Positions 23,230 to 33,844 of a DNA stretch of 64,000 nt are shown piece by piece. The translations under genes and the position numbers were made by a program. Numbering within the stretch: the stretch's first letter is position 1; every line of letters begins with the position of its first letter. The stretch lies in the IMG/VR virus record IMGVR_UViG_3300034073_003542, positions 145,848 through 209,847 of that record; one strand, 5' to 3'. The notes below the pieces were generated by a model, which saw nothing but the letters and a program-made list of their open reading frames with translations, made no database searches and was not told the DNA's origin.

Positions 23230-24553
23230 TTTCATCCACTATATTTCCAAGATTAAATTTTTGGATTTGGTTCTTTACTTTTTCAGCATTTTTATAAGCA
23301 GATGGAAGTTCTGTTATATCCATTTTTCCTGTGTAGAATCTTACATCTAGACCCCTAGTATCTTCATCAAACAATTCATATCCTGTTTTGTTTTGTAGAG
23401 ATATTTTAGTGTATTCAGTTCTACTCATTTCGCGGCCAGCACCATGACTTGTAAAACCTAAATTAGTTTCGGTTTCTTCTCCATTAACAATAAGAATACC
23501 ATCTCTCATATTAAGAGGTATTAATCTTAGACCATTAGTTGAGTCAGGAACAAATTCATTTAATAATGGTGTTGCTCCTTTGGCATGGATGTAAGTATTA
23601 TCTTTTTTAAACACAAAATTATGTTCATTCCAATAATTGTCATGTATATTTACATTAATTTTACTAGCAATTTCCGTATGAATAAGCGTATGATTTAGCT
23701 TTGTCCATTCTCTAACTACTTGTAAAGCGTTCCAATATGTAACACCTTCTTCTGTGTCCATTGGAATCCAGCCTAAATTATCATTAACGTTTGGAGCTAT
23801 TTCTTTACGAAACTTCTCAGCTATGTCATTTCCCTTCTTGAATAATAAAGCTCCGAAAGAGCGACTGCCATGATGAGTAACTAATACTGTTTCTCCAGAG
23901 CTTTTTAAGTAGCCTACAAATAGGAAATGGTTGCCGTTTCCTTGAGTTCTTAAATCTTTTTGGGCTTTATCTAGACTTTTTTCTCCAGATAAATATAGAT
24001 TGTTAAGAATATCGTTCTTTAAAGGTTCTGGTATAATATCTTTTGGATTTTGTCTTCCACCAGCACCAAAATGTGTTATTTTTTCTGCTTTATCTAGGAC
24101 AATTTTTGGATCTATTTTTCCTAGATTAGAAAACATAACTGAACAACATACGTCGGCACTGTGAAATTTTGGGTGGATTGCATTTAAAGTTTGTATGACT
24201 CCACCCACAGGAATATCAAACTCGCCCGTAGGGCAAGCGTCAGGCATCACAGCAGCATTTATAGCGGTTGGAGCCACCAAAATATTGTGCATAGCCCGCG
24301 TGACCGAAAACATATTGTTAACTTCGGCCTCATTTTTTGGGTCGATTTCTATATTGCAATGAAAATTGATTGGTTCATCCCTTGGTTCCATTGTTTTTGG
24401 TGGAAGAGGAACAAAACGTGTCTGAATTTCGTTATACAGATTTTCTTCGCTGTACTTGTCTCGATTTTGATTTGCCCACTCAATAGCTGACTTAAACCAT
24501 TTCCCAGGGGTAAAACCCATACTGATTAAAGATTGACCAGTAATTGACATCAT
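23174..24553 (-). CDS. rtcB: RtcB RNA 3'-phosphate/5'-OH ligase
   Basis: MPDACP, GNGNHF, HHGSR, HAKGATP, HGAGR, ELPSAYK motifs. Confidence 0.92.
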   Translation of the reverse strand: MMSITGQSLISMGFTPGKWFKSAIEWANQNRDKYSEENLYNEIQTRFVPLPPKTMEPRDEPINFHCNIEIDPKNEAEVNNMFSVTRAMHNILVAPTAINAAVMPDACPTGEFDIPVGGVIQTLNAIHPKFHSADVCCSVMFSNLGKIDPKIVLDKAEKITHFGAGGRQNPKDIIPEPLKNDILNNLYLSGEKSLDKAQKDLRTQGNGNHFLFVGYLKSSGETVLVTHHGSRSFGALLFKKGNDIAEKFRKEIAPNVNDNLGWIPMDTEEGVTYWNALQVVREWTKLNHTLIHTEIASKINVNIHDNYWNEHNFVFKKDNTYIHAKGATPLLNEFVPDSTNGLRLIPLNMRDGILIVNGEETETNLGFTSHGAGREMSRTEYTKISLQNKTGYELFDEDTRGLDVRFYTGKMDITELPSAYKNAEKVKNQIQKFNLGNIVDEIIPYGCLMAGHEDHHWKK

Positions 24554-24599
24554 ACACCTCACTTAAACACAACCGAGCCAGGATTCGACACGATATCCT

Positions 24600-24627
24600 A
24601 TTATATCGGAATGGATGTGTCTGTCAA
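24600..24627 (-). promoter_or_regulatory. promoter TTGACA-N16-TATAAT upstream of rtcB
   Basis: perfect hexamers. Confidence 0.8.
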
Positions 24628-24828
24628 TCTACGAGTTTTTTCTCGGTGATTATTACTCGTATGGGTGCTGGCCTATATTGTATAACAGTTGGTACTTCAA
24701 ACATACCTGGCCTATATGCGTTCATATCGTAAACTTCAACTTCTCCAGTTTCAGTATTACAATAAGTGCAGTAATTTATAGGAACACCTTCTGCATCAAA
24801 CAATATAGTTGGTTGACCAACCGTATTT

Positions 24829-25770
24829 TCAAGTGTTAGAATCATGATTATTTTCTAAATATGATTCCATAATCTTAGAAAACTCTTCTGGTTCTTCCTT
24901 AAATAGCCACATTAGCCAATCGGGCAATCTTTGGTCTTTTGGTTTATGTCGTAGCATACGACGCCACAATTCTGCTCCAATTTGGATCAAACGAGGTTCA
25001 TCCTCTACCCTATCTGCAAATGAATAAATCGTGGCGAGTTCTTCTTCATCAAAACATTCTAGGGAATGGAATGAAATTACTTCAAGAACCCCCTTAGCAA
25101 TCTCCTGGCATAAAACAGGGAATGTCAAAGCATGAGCCGATACTTTTGGTTGATCTTCTTCGTATTCTACTTTTTCGCTACCAACAGCAGGAATAATTCC
25201 CATCATGCTCATCATTGCAGAATAATCTGTTACATAATAAGAAAGAAGCGACTCTAAGGTAAGATGAGAATATATAGTAGGTAAATCCTTATTAAGCTCT
25301 TTTAGTTCCTCACTAACCAAATGGTGCATACTGATATAAATATGCGTGGATGCACCTTGAAGGATTGCATTTATCAAAATTCGTTTGTGAATTTCGTCTT
25401 TTATATACTGAGGAAGTTCTTCATAAGACTTAGTTGGCTCAGGAGTATTATTCAATTCTACTTGAGCGTTTTCATTAAGCTGTGCTTCGATATTGATTTC
25501 ATCTAAATCAAACTCAAGACATTCGCTCACAGCTTTTTTGGCTAATTCTTGTAACGCTTGAGTGTGCGGGCGTTCTGCTCTTGGTAATTTGTCTCTCAAC
25601 CCTCCTCCACCAAGATAATCTAGTTTTTGGTATCTCTCTACTAGATATTCGTATCCATCACAAAACAAATCTTTTCCAAAAAATACCATATGAGGATTGT
25701 AACAATATACATGATCCTTATGGGATTTTAACTGACTCCAGAAATTTAGCAGACTATTGTTCATCGTCAT
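24829..25770 (-). CDS. conserved large-phage hypothetical protein
   Basis: 313-aa ORF; KRILINAILQG, FPVLCQEIAKG blocks. Confidence 0.7.
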   Translation of the reverse strand: MTMNNSLLNFWSQLKSHKDHVYCYNPHMVFFGKDLFCDGYEYLVERYQKLDYLGGGGLRDKLPRAERPHTQALQELAKKAVSECLEFDLDEINIEAQLNENAQVELNNTPEPTKSYEELPQYIKDEIHKRILINAILQGASTHIYISMHHLVSEELKELNKDLPTIYSHLTLESLLSYYVTDYSAMMSMMGIIPAVGSEKVEYEEDQPKVSAHALTFPVLCQEIAKGVLEVISFHSLECFDEEELATIYSFADRVEDEPRLIQIGAELWRRMLRHKPKDQRLPDWLMWLFKEEPEEFSKIMESYLENNHDSNT

Positions 25771-26346
25771 ACACTTCGTACAGTTTGGATTAGTGATTTG
25801 AGTATCATTCTACTACAGCTTCTTCTTTTGTCAATGCTTGTGCGTTAGCATGAGGATATTCTAGCTGAAACTTTCTATAGTATTTCTTTAGTTCATAATC
25901 ATCAGAACTATCTTTAGCTACATTCTGTTTAGCCCAATATTCTTCGGCATCCATCCATCTTTCCTTCAAAACGTCACACACATAACAATACATAGTTTTA
26001 GGATCAGTCATTATGATTGGTTCTGCTTCCGGCCAACGTCCCCCAATAATGAATGTCGCATATACAGCCAAGTTGTATGGCTTAGTATTATTGTAAAGAA
26101 TAGTTTGTTCGGCTTCTTCCCATCTTGATTCAATATAAAAGATAGAATAAGCAAGTAGAAGATCGGCTCGGCCAGATGCTAAAATCTTTTTGCGTAATTC
26201 TGGAGAGTCTTGCGTAGAATAATATTCGAGACACTTCAAAAATTCTTTGTGTGTAGCTTCTTTAATAGCGAGATCAATGTCAGTAAACTTTGGTACGTAT
26301 TTCTCAAACATCATACACCTTTCTTTTGCGATACTTTTCTAAAGTA

Positions 26347-26460
26347 TCAGTTCTTTGGTTCTGGAAGTTTTGCTGGTTGCGGTGGATTAAATGGCGACTC
26401 TGTTTTATCTGGAGATTTAGTAGGAGTAGTTGTAGGTGTTGTTGTTGGAGCAGTTGTCAT
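26347..26460 (-). CDS. 37-aa Pro/Thr-rich peptide (below ORF-track cutoff)
   Basis: AAGGA RBS; MTTAPTTTPTTTPTKSPDKTESPFNPPQPAKLPEPKN. Confidence 0.6.
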   Translation of the reverse strand: MTTAPTTTPTTTPTKSPDKTESPFNPPQPAKLPEPKN

Positions 26461-26462
26461 TG

Positions 26463-27251
26463 TTATTCCTTAAAAAGAGATTCTAAAATTTCGATCAGTT
26501 CAGCCTTGAGAGTATCAACTGAGCGGTCATCAGTATCCATGAATTGTCCCACACTATTATTCTTAATAGAGAATTGATAGAGAGGCTTACCTTCTTTCCA
26601 AACGGCATAGATATCATCATGAATATAGTATGAGTAGTATGTTCCTACTGGATTTGCCGTACACCACTTAGTATCCTTACCAATAACGCAATACTTTAGG
26701 TGCTGCAATTCCTTTTCTTCTTCTGTTGGATTTGGTTGAAGTTTGGCTACTTTGAAAACCTTATATATTTTATCTTCATAAGCAACATCAATTTTGGTTC
26801 CCTTTGGGAGAGTACCATCGGTCTTCATTTTAATCCACTGATTTTTGCTGGTTTGCTTAATTTCCAGCATAGTTGCTTGCAATTGATCATGTGATAATCC
26901 TAATTGAGTAGGAGTAGCTTCGTTAAGCTTATCGTAGCCCTTTTCTTCATAGAGATGTTTATTTTCTCGGAAAAATTTTGCTGTATCAATAGCAGCTTCA
27001 ATATCTTCGATATAAGCATTGGGTTTAGTAGTAAGATAACCCAAAACATAGTCGATATAATATTGCTGATGCTTTTCGTTAGAGACTTTGCTCTCAATTG
27101 AGCAAATAATATCCTTCTTTAATTTTTCTAGTTGTGGATGAAATTCACGATTTCCTGCGACCATTCCCAAATAAGATTCTTGGGTGAATTCTTCTTTTTT
27201 ACCTTTGAGTCGCTTAATTGTTTCTGCAAACTTTTCTTCAAGATTCATCAT
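26463..27251 (-). CDS. hypothetical protein with G..TKWCTA motif
   Basis: 262-aa ORF; motif recurrent in large-phage proteins. Confidence 0.6.
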   Translation of the reverse strand: MMNLEEKFAETIKRLKGKKEEFTQESYLGMVAGNREFHPQLEKLKKDIICSIESKVSNEKHQQYYIDYVLGYLTTKPNAYIEDIEAAIDTAKFFRENKHLYEEKGYDKLNEATPTQLGLSHDQLQATMLEIKQTSKNQWIKMKTDGTLPKGTKIDVAYEDKIYKVFKVAKLQPNPTEEEKELQHLKYCVIGKDTKWCTANPVGTYYSYYIHDDIYAVWKEGKPLYQFSIKNNSVGQFMDTDDRSVDTLKAELIEILESLFKE

Positions 27252-27813
27252 ACACTCCGTTTGAGTTGGCTTCCCGTGCTTTGTCTCAATTGTACCACAA
27301 CCAAACTATCTGTCAATCGCCCAATTCATTTTCTTGAATAGGCCCAAAAACATCAGCAAAAGTAAATCCTTCTAAATGGGTAAATAGTGATGGAATGTTA
27401 TACATAGGTATTTTAATAGTAAATGACAGATCCATTCCGTCTGGTGGATCATTTGTTGTCCAGCTAATATTTGTTACTTGTTGATCTAAAATAAACTTTT
27501 TTAGAGCTATTCGTTTTTTCTTACGGTCCTTAAAATATCTACGAATCATTGGAACAAGTTGTGGGCTTTTTGGGTCCAAGCAATACTAAAAGAAAAACAA
27601 TCTCTACTAATTCTTAAATCTATAAGATTCATTTCTATCGCTAGTCCTGCTTTTTTCTGGTTACAAAATTTTGTTAAAAGGTCTTGATGATTTATTTCTG
27701 GAGATTTATATATCTCGCGTAATATTTCTATTACATATTTCTTTTCATTAAAATATTCTTCAATCATATTATCTCTATTATAATGTGGTGTATTTATAAC
27801 AAAGGAGAAAATT

Positions 27814-28146
27814 ATGTGTGATAATAGTTACCCAATATGTTCTACTATTTTACCTATTCCACCTATAGAGGTGTTTGAAAAAGCTATTGATCCTTCTGAT
27901 CGGCACTTTTTAACCAGTTATCCTCATGCTACATTTTTTAGAGACATTGGTCAATTTAATCACTGGTTTTATGAATACAAAATAGATTCCCTAGAAATTT
28001 ATCAACCTATGATTATGCCACCCTTTGTTATTCCTGTTGTTTTATCTCCGCATCCTGTTCCAGAACCTTCTTTATTTATGGTGGCTCCTATTGTCTTTCT
28101 AAGTATTTTTGGGGGCAGATTTCTACTAAAATCCATACGGATATAA
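27814..28146 (+). CDS. PEP-CTERM sorting-signal protein
   Basis: PVPEPS + hydrophobic segment + basic tail; AAGGAG RBS. Confidence 0.7.
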   Translation: MCDNSYPICSTILPIPPIEVFEKAIDPSDRHFLTSYPHATFFRDIGQFNHWFYEYKIDSLEIYQPMIMPPFVIPVVLSPHPVPEPSLFMVAPIVFLSIFGGRFLLKSIRI

Positions 28147-28174
28147 CCGTATTGTATCAGACCTGGGCGATCTG

Positions 28175-28867
28175 TCAAGTTCTATTCTTTGTCTTATAAT
28201 ATAGAATAAGACCCAATGGTATAATTCCATAGATTAAAATATTTAACGATGGCTCTGGAACTATAACCCAAGATATAGTTGATGCAATATTGCTGCTAAT
28301 ATTTAATCCATTACTTCCTTGTCTTATATCGTTAATAATGAAACTAAATGTATAGTTTGTTCCTCCTAATAGGGGAAATACGATATTGCTATTGTTGTTT
28401 AATGTTTGAGAATCTCCATAGTTATTTTGAACTGTTAGACCATTAATTCCGGTATTACTTCCAGATATTTCTCTTGCGTATGATACCAAAAATTCTCCAT
28501 CATAAATAGGAATAAAAGAATATGACCATACTAAATTATTAGATACTCTAGCTAATGTACCTGACCCGTTTGTATTGCTACTCCAACCATATTCAATATT
28601 GATATTTCCAGTAATTTCGTTTATAATATCTGACTCAAGATTAATATATGACGTAGTTGTTCTAGCTCCAGAAGTTAGTTGAGCAAATGTTGCAATATCT
28701 GTAGGATTTGATAGGGAGGAATTATTGCTAACAAAAGTATTTGATAATTGAGTAACCGATGAAGATATTGTTGAATTAGAAGTCGATCCAGGCAAAAGAA
28801 TAGAAGAATAGCCATATTGAGATAGGGCTAGAAAAATAGACAAAAAAAGAATCGTTGTTTTTAGCAT
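28175..28867 (-). CDS. secreted Ser/Thr/Asn-rich PEP-CTERM protein
   Basis: N-terminal signal peptide; C-terminal IVPEPS + TM + KTKNRT. Confidence 0.8.
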   Translation of the reverse strand: MLKTTILFLSIFLALSQYGYSSILLPGSTSNSTISSSVTQLSNTFVSNNSSLSNPTDIATFAQLTSGARTTTSYINLESDIINEITGNINIEYGWSSNTNGSGTLARVSNNLVWSYSFIPIYDGEFLVSYAREISGSNTGINGLTVQNNYGDSQTLNNNSNIVFPLLGGTNYTFSFIINDIRQGSNGLNISSNIASTISWVIVPEPSLNILIYGIIPLGLILYYKTKNRT

Positions 28868-29936
28868 TTTAGGTAGGATTTTGTTAAAGGTAGGAAGCGT
28901 ATAATTAACTTATACACCAATTTGTTTATATTCCAGCTTTGGAATCAGTTCATTGGTTTCCGAGGCAATTGTCTCGATTGATATTTTTAAGACTTTGTTA
29001 GTGTTTGGATTTTCTGTGTTAGCTATATTTACGATCTTTTGAATTGCTTCTATAATCTTATTGCCGTCAAGATTTTTATTAAGAGAGAAATAAGTAGTAG
29101 TCAATCCTCTTCTCCTAAATCTCGTAGTCTTTCTCCTGTTTCTGGATGACAATATAGGTTTCCTATATATTCACCATAAATTTTTTCTGATCCAGAAATA
29201 TGTTTTCCCATCCATAATGATCCCTCAATTTCGCCACCTAGTGATCTGATAAATTCCGCAACTTTATCGTAACAGCTTTCACATAAATCGCATGAGTGTG
29301 TTTGACAATCTTTGTTAGATGAAAATCCCCAAGAAGCAAACATTGAACAATATTCAACATTTCCAAATTCGTCTACGCAACTATTTTTGCAGACATTACA
29401 GATAACGTCTGTGACTGTTTCTATTTGTTTTTGTCCGAAGGTTTTCATTTGCCCTTTGTTCTAATTGCTATGAACAAATCTAGTAGTTTCGATAAAAATT
29501 TCATGGTGAGCTAAATATAACGAATAATAGGAGAGCTATCACGAATGTTATTATTTGGGCTTCTTGCATTATTTTGTCTCGGGCGGTTTATATCCGCATG
29601 TCCAGTTTTCTACTCCTGCATCAATTAAAGATTGTGTTTCTTTGTCTTTTTCTGAGATAGTATAACCCTTAGTTTCTTTAGAAGTTCTGACAAATTCTTC
29701 ATCCCATGATCCAACGGGACCATCACCAATCAAAGATTTCCATTCATCTATTTTTTTTTGTGAAAGAGGCGGGACATAATGAAATCTCTTATCTTTTAGT
29801 TCTAATTCCGTTAGAGTTTCCAATAGCTTTTTTTCTATAGTTGGCTCTACTTTTTCAAAAGATTCCATATATCCTTTTAGCCAATAACAGAAATTTTCCG
29901 GCGTCATCTAATATGTCCTTTTATAAAGTAAAAATA

Positions 29937-30008
29937 AGACCGCAGTTGGAATCGAACCAACAAATGCTGTTTTGCAGACAGCCACCAACGCCAATTGATT
30001 TTGCGGCC
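29937..30008 (-). tRNA. tRNA-Cys(GCA)
   Basis: GGCCGCA/TGCGGTC acceptor, U discriminator, loop CTGCAAA, TTCGA T loop. Confidence 0.9.
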
Positions 30009-30066
30009 AGACCGGCGAACGTCCTAGCAATTCTATATTACACCAATTTGCCGGTTTGTCAATGGT

Positions 30067-30714
30067 TTAATTTTGACCTCCCATTGCACTAAGTTCTTCT
30101 GGAGTATAAGAGCAATTAACTTCTGCTCCCCTACTTTTAGCCGTTCTCATTCTCTTGACGTTAGAAGCCGCAGAACTAAATGCTGCAAAAGAATTTGCCG
30201 CCGCATAATTTGCCACTCCAAGAGCATTAATTCCCATAGAAGTAGCATTAGAGAAAGCGTCTTGATTAGCTCCAAGGAATGTAAATTTCCAACTATAAAC
30301 ATTAGTCTGATGTTCAATCATTTGTTTAATTTGGTCTAATTTAAATTCATGGCTAGAATTTTCTCCTCCATCAGTAACTATAACAAAAGTTACCAATCCT
30401 GGGCGGTCTTTTTCTTCCATATTACTTAATCTTGCACCAGCTTCATTAATAGAACGTCCTACTGCATCTAGAAGTGCCGTCATTCCGCGAGGAACAAGAT
30501 TATATTCTTTTACATTTTGAATAGATTCACCCTTATATACAAAATTATATTCATTATCAAACTCTACAAGAGTAAGCAAACATTCTCCAGGTTCCTTTTT
30601 TTGTTCAGAAATAAAGTGGTTGATACCGTTTTGTGCTTCTATTTTTGTAGCCTCCATTGAACCACTTCTGTCAACAATTAATGTTACGTCTGTTAAATCG
30701 TTTCTCATTTTCAT
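30067..30714 (-). CDS. von Willebrand factor A domain protein
   Basis: DRSGSM MIDAS, TALLDAVG, VTDGGENSS, FLGAN. Confidence 0.9.
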   Translation of the reverse strand: MKMRNDLTDVTLIVDRSGSMEATKIEAQNGINHFISEQKKEPGECLLTLVEFDNEYNFVYKGESIQNVKEYNLVPRGMTALLDAVGRSINEAGARLSNMEEKDRPGLVTFVIVTDGGENSSHEFKLDQIKQMIEHQTNVYSWKFTFLGANQDAFSNATSMGINALGVANYAAANSFAAFSSAASNVKRMRTAKSRGAEVNCSYTPEELSAMGGQN

Positions 30715-30725
30715 ACTCCTTTTGT

Positions 30726-31004
30726 TTAATATCTAATTGCTAGATTGTTAATTCTTTTTTCTGTTTCTTCTAGTTTCGCTTCTATCTTCTTAAGTTTTTT
30801 AAGTACGGCTTCCAATACTTCATCTTCACCTATAGGATAATTTTCATCCTCGTATATTTCGATTGCGTCTATTATATCGTAAAATAGATCATTACCACTA
30901 TCCTCTGATGTAAGAGTTGTGTCATCCATATATCTCATACATAAATCAATAAAAGATGTTGCTCTTTCCAAATCTTCATCGTTTTCAATTACAAATTTCA
31001 TCAT
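30726..31004 (-). CDS. protein resembling HigA antitoxin N-terminal region, no HTH
   Basis: IENDEDLERA...IDAIEIYEDENYPI; GGAGG RBS before ATG at 31004. Confidence 0.45.
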   Translation of the reverse strand: MMKFVIENDEDLERATSFIDLCMRYMDDTTLTSEDSGNDLFYDIIDAIEIYEDENYPIGEDEVLEAVLKKLKKIEAKLEETEKRINNLAIRY

Positions 31005-31462
31005 ACCTCCTCGTCTGGCTCGTGCGATAAATATAAAGCTGCTGATATTTGACGAATAGCATTGCGTTCGTTTTCTGTCATAGCATACCAAGGGGCGTCT
31101 AATATGTCGCGCAAATCATCTGCTTCTGGATGGTCGCCTTTTCCTGCCACTATTAATTTATGTAACTCTATACATCCATAGAGTGACTTGAGAAAGTTTT
31201 CGCTCATATTTTAAAGTCCTTGAAATCATCCCAAGCGGCAAACCCACACAAATATCTTCTACTACATTCCCAATCTAAAGTCCACAAACAAGTTCCCACA
31301 GCACCCCAATGGTCGCTTAATCTAATTACTCCGTTTTCTAAATGCCAGTAAGAAGAACCAGAAAAAGACCAATAATCTGGATTAGTTCTTGGCGTTTTAC
31401 ACGATTGATAATTTGCCCATGTTCTAAAAAAGAAGTTTGTTTTGTCGTACCCCATCAATATA

Positions 31463-31915
31463 TTATAGGTTTGGTTTGGTGTTTGTCAAGTAGTTCCATA
31501 GACAATTTGGTGTAATTTGATCCGTCTTGGATTGGATTAAATTTTCCATTATCAAAGATCGCCCGCAAATTTCCGAACAAAACCATTTTGATCTTGTATT
31601 TGTTTGTTTTTTGATGGAAAATCTGCTTCCAGCAATTATTGCTCCAAACCAATCATAGGGTTTTCCGACTTGAGATTCGCACCAGACATACATCCTAAAT
31701 TCTTGTGAGTCTGAAACTTCAATTGTTGTATAATCCCAATGTTCAGGATTGGGCATAATTTTTTTGAATCTTACTCCTCCATCTCTTGTTGATGAAGAAA
31801 ACCATTCGCCAGTTTTGAAAATTAGTTCAACATGAGAATATTTACCTCCTGTAGCCCACGCTATCAATTTATCTTGATAGTCTCCATATTTAGCTAGATA
31901 AAAAGCTAACTGCAT
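31463..31915 (-). CDS. permuted papain-like (YiiX/YebB, NlpC/P60) enzyme
   Basis: YSHVEL, GKPYD, WFCSE, ITP motifs. Confidence 0.8.
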   Translation of the reverse strand: MQLAFYLAKYGDYQDKLIAWATGGKYSHVELIFKTGEWFSSSTRDGGVRFKKIMPNPEHWDYTTIEVSDSQEFRMYVWCESQVGKPYDWFGAIIAGSRFSIKKQTNTRSKWFCSEICGRSLIMENLIQSKTDQITPNCLWNYLTNTKPNL

Positions 31916-32427
31916 ATAATTTCCTCTAATTCCTTAAGCTCCTTTTGTTCAGCTATATAGGTTTTTCCATAACCTAGTGACCCTAATCTTTTGGGTGTTA
32001 GCAATTCTCCTGCCCTCATAAATCCCTTAAATGTATAGCTTGGAAAAACTCCCACCATTAAAGCAAATAAGTCTATATGACGAGATTTCCACGGCACAGC
32101 CAAAAGTTTACCTGTAGCATATTTGGTAGTTTTTACATCAACTGATTTTCCACACGGTAATAGGGCATCGCCCTTATCTTCTTGAGAAGTTCTAGTATAA
32201 ATAGAAAAGTCTAGAAAAACATTGAATAGTTTACAGAAAGCCCACTCTGCTCCAATTCCTTCTATATCGGTTTCTTCGTTTGATTGATTGCCTATTTTAG
32301 AGTTTTTAATTTCTTCTAATCTATTGTTGTCATATCTCATTTTAGCTAGAAGTAGACATATATCTTGTTCTATTTTAGAGAGATAAACTTTGGAATTAAT
32401 AGGAACTCGCATTGACATAACTATCAT
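31906..32427 (-). CDS. PD-(D/E)xK nuclease-like protein
   Basis: G..AE, D.GD, VDVKTT motifs. Confidence 0.5.
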   Translation of the reverse strand: MIVMSMRVPINSKVYLSKIEQDICLLLAKMRYDNNRLEEIKNSKIGNQSNEETDIEGIGAEWAFCKLFNVFLDFSIYTRTSQEDKGDALLPCGKSVDVKTTKYATGKLLAVPWKSRHIDLFALMVGVFPSYTFKGFMRAGELLTPKRLGSLGYGKTYIAEQKELKELEEIICS

Positions 32428-32858
32428 CCGTTTAAGTGATTAATGACTTTCTCTGCAATCCTAGCTGTTAATCCTTCATCCATATATGTTTGAAAATAAC
32501 TATCCTCTCGGCTAACACCAGCATAAATATCATCATCCAAAATAGCATATTTATTAACTGGTAAACAAGCTTTTTCTTCAAGCCATAAACCTATTTCATG
32601 TCCTCTATGTCCACCAAAAGTTTGTGGTGTAACATCATATATTTCCATTCCGTGAGATAGTAATACAGCTTTTACCATATCAAAATCTTCTTTACGGATT
32701 CTCCATGTGCTACTTAATACTATTTTTGCGTCAGTAGCATAAACTATTGCTTTCAATAAGGAGACTCTATCCGCATCTATATAATGGATTCCATATTGGG
32801 AAAGACCTTCCCAGGTATTCAAAACTCCGTCAATATCGAGCATCAGTACCTTCATCAT
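32424..32858 (-). CDS. HAD-superfamily phosphatase (Swiss Army Knife RNA-repair type)
   Basis: LDIDGVLN, IVLSSTWR, RGHEI..WL, ILDD motifs. Confidence 0.85.
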   Translation of the reverse strand: MMKVLMLDIDGVLNTWEGLSQYGIHYIDADRVSLLKAIVYATDAKIVLSSTWRIRKEDFDMVKAVLLSHGMEIYDVTPQTFGGHRGHEIGLWLEEKACLPVNKYAILDDDIYAGVSREDSYFQTYMDEGLTARIAEKVINHLNG

Positions 32859-33844
32859 TCACTTCCTTAGTTTTTTTAGTATATCTATGTATTATAGCAT
32901 ACTGATGGAGTCTGTCAATAGTGATAAATATTTCCTGGCATCCTTGGCTCACAAGGATATGTACTTGGTGGTTGTTGTAGTGGATAATATGTGGGCGTCA
33001 ATTTTTGATTTTGTGTTGTAAATAGCATTAAATTAGTTTCTAGAATATTAATTCTTCCTATTAGGTCTTTAGTTACTAATTCTAGGTTTAGCAGGGAGGA
33101 TAAGATAACATCTAATTTTTGGTCAGTTGTTGGTGGTTTGATAGCTTTCTTTTTGGGCGATTTTGTTTTAGTTTGTTTTGTTTTCTTTTTCATTAGACCA
33201 CTCTCGTTTAGTTAATTGACTAATTAAATCCATTAAAAGTACTGGAACTATAAAAATTGCTCCAATAAAAAATACTGAAAACCAATATAGTCTTTCATAT
33301 CCTTCTTCAATCATTCCTTCTCTATTCCAAGATAGAAAAATAATAATTGTTGTATAGACTAATAAATAATTTAATAGTTTTGTCATATTATTTATAGATA
33401 AATTCCTATCATATATCCAACTATATAAGCAAAAAAAGCTATCATAGCCAGTGTCATGAATTCTTTCATCTCATTATATTCCTAACAAACATCCCAAACC
33501 CAATTAAAACGTGTAGCACGAATACATACCATAAAACAGGAAATAAAAACGCTCCACAAAATAATCCGGCAAAAAGTACCTGAAATGTTAGATTAAAAAA
33601 ACTGGCTGTTTTATCTGTAATTTTCATTATAGATAGAAACGGATTAAAATATATCATTAATAGAGTTGAGATTAACGATATCATTATTTTGGCTCAAATT
33701 TAAGAGATAAAATTAGTAATGTTGGAACCCATATACCAATAAAAATTCCTGTTTCATGATTAATAGAGTACCATGCAGATATACTTGTAGCTATACTAAC
33801 AAGTCCACACACAAAACATATATCGCTAAGAAGTTTATTCATTA

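Noticed and set aside
24560-24625. Y RNA or tRNA-like element upstream of rtcB
   Set aside because: The foldable stretch largely coincides with the TTGACA-N16-TATAAT promoter and lacks a full tRNA-like domain.
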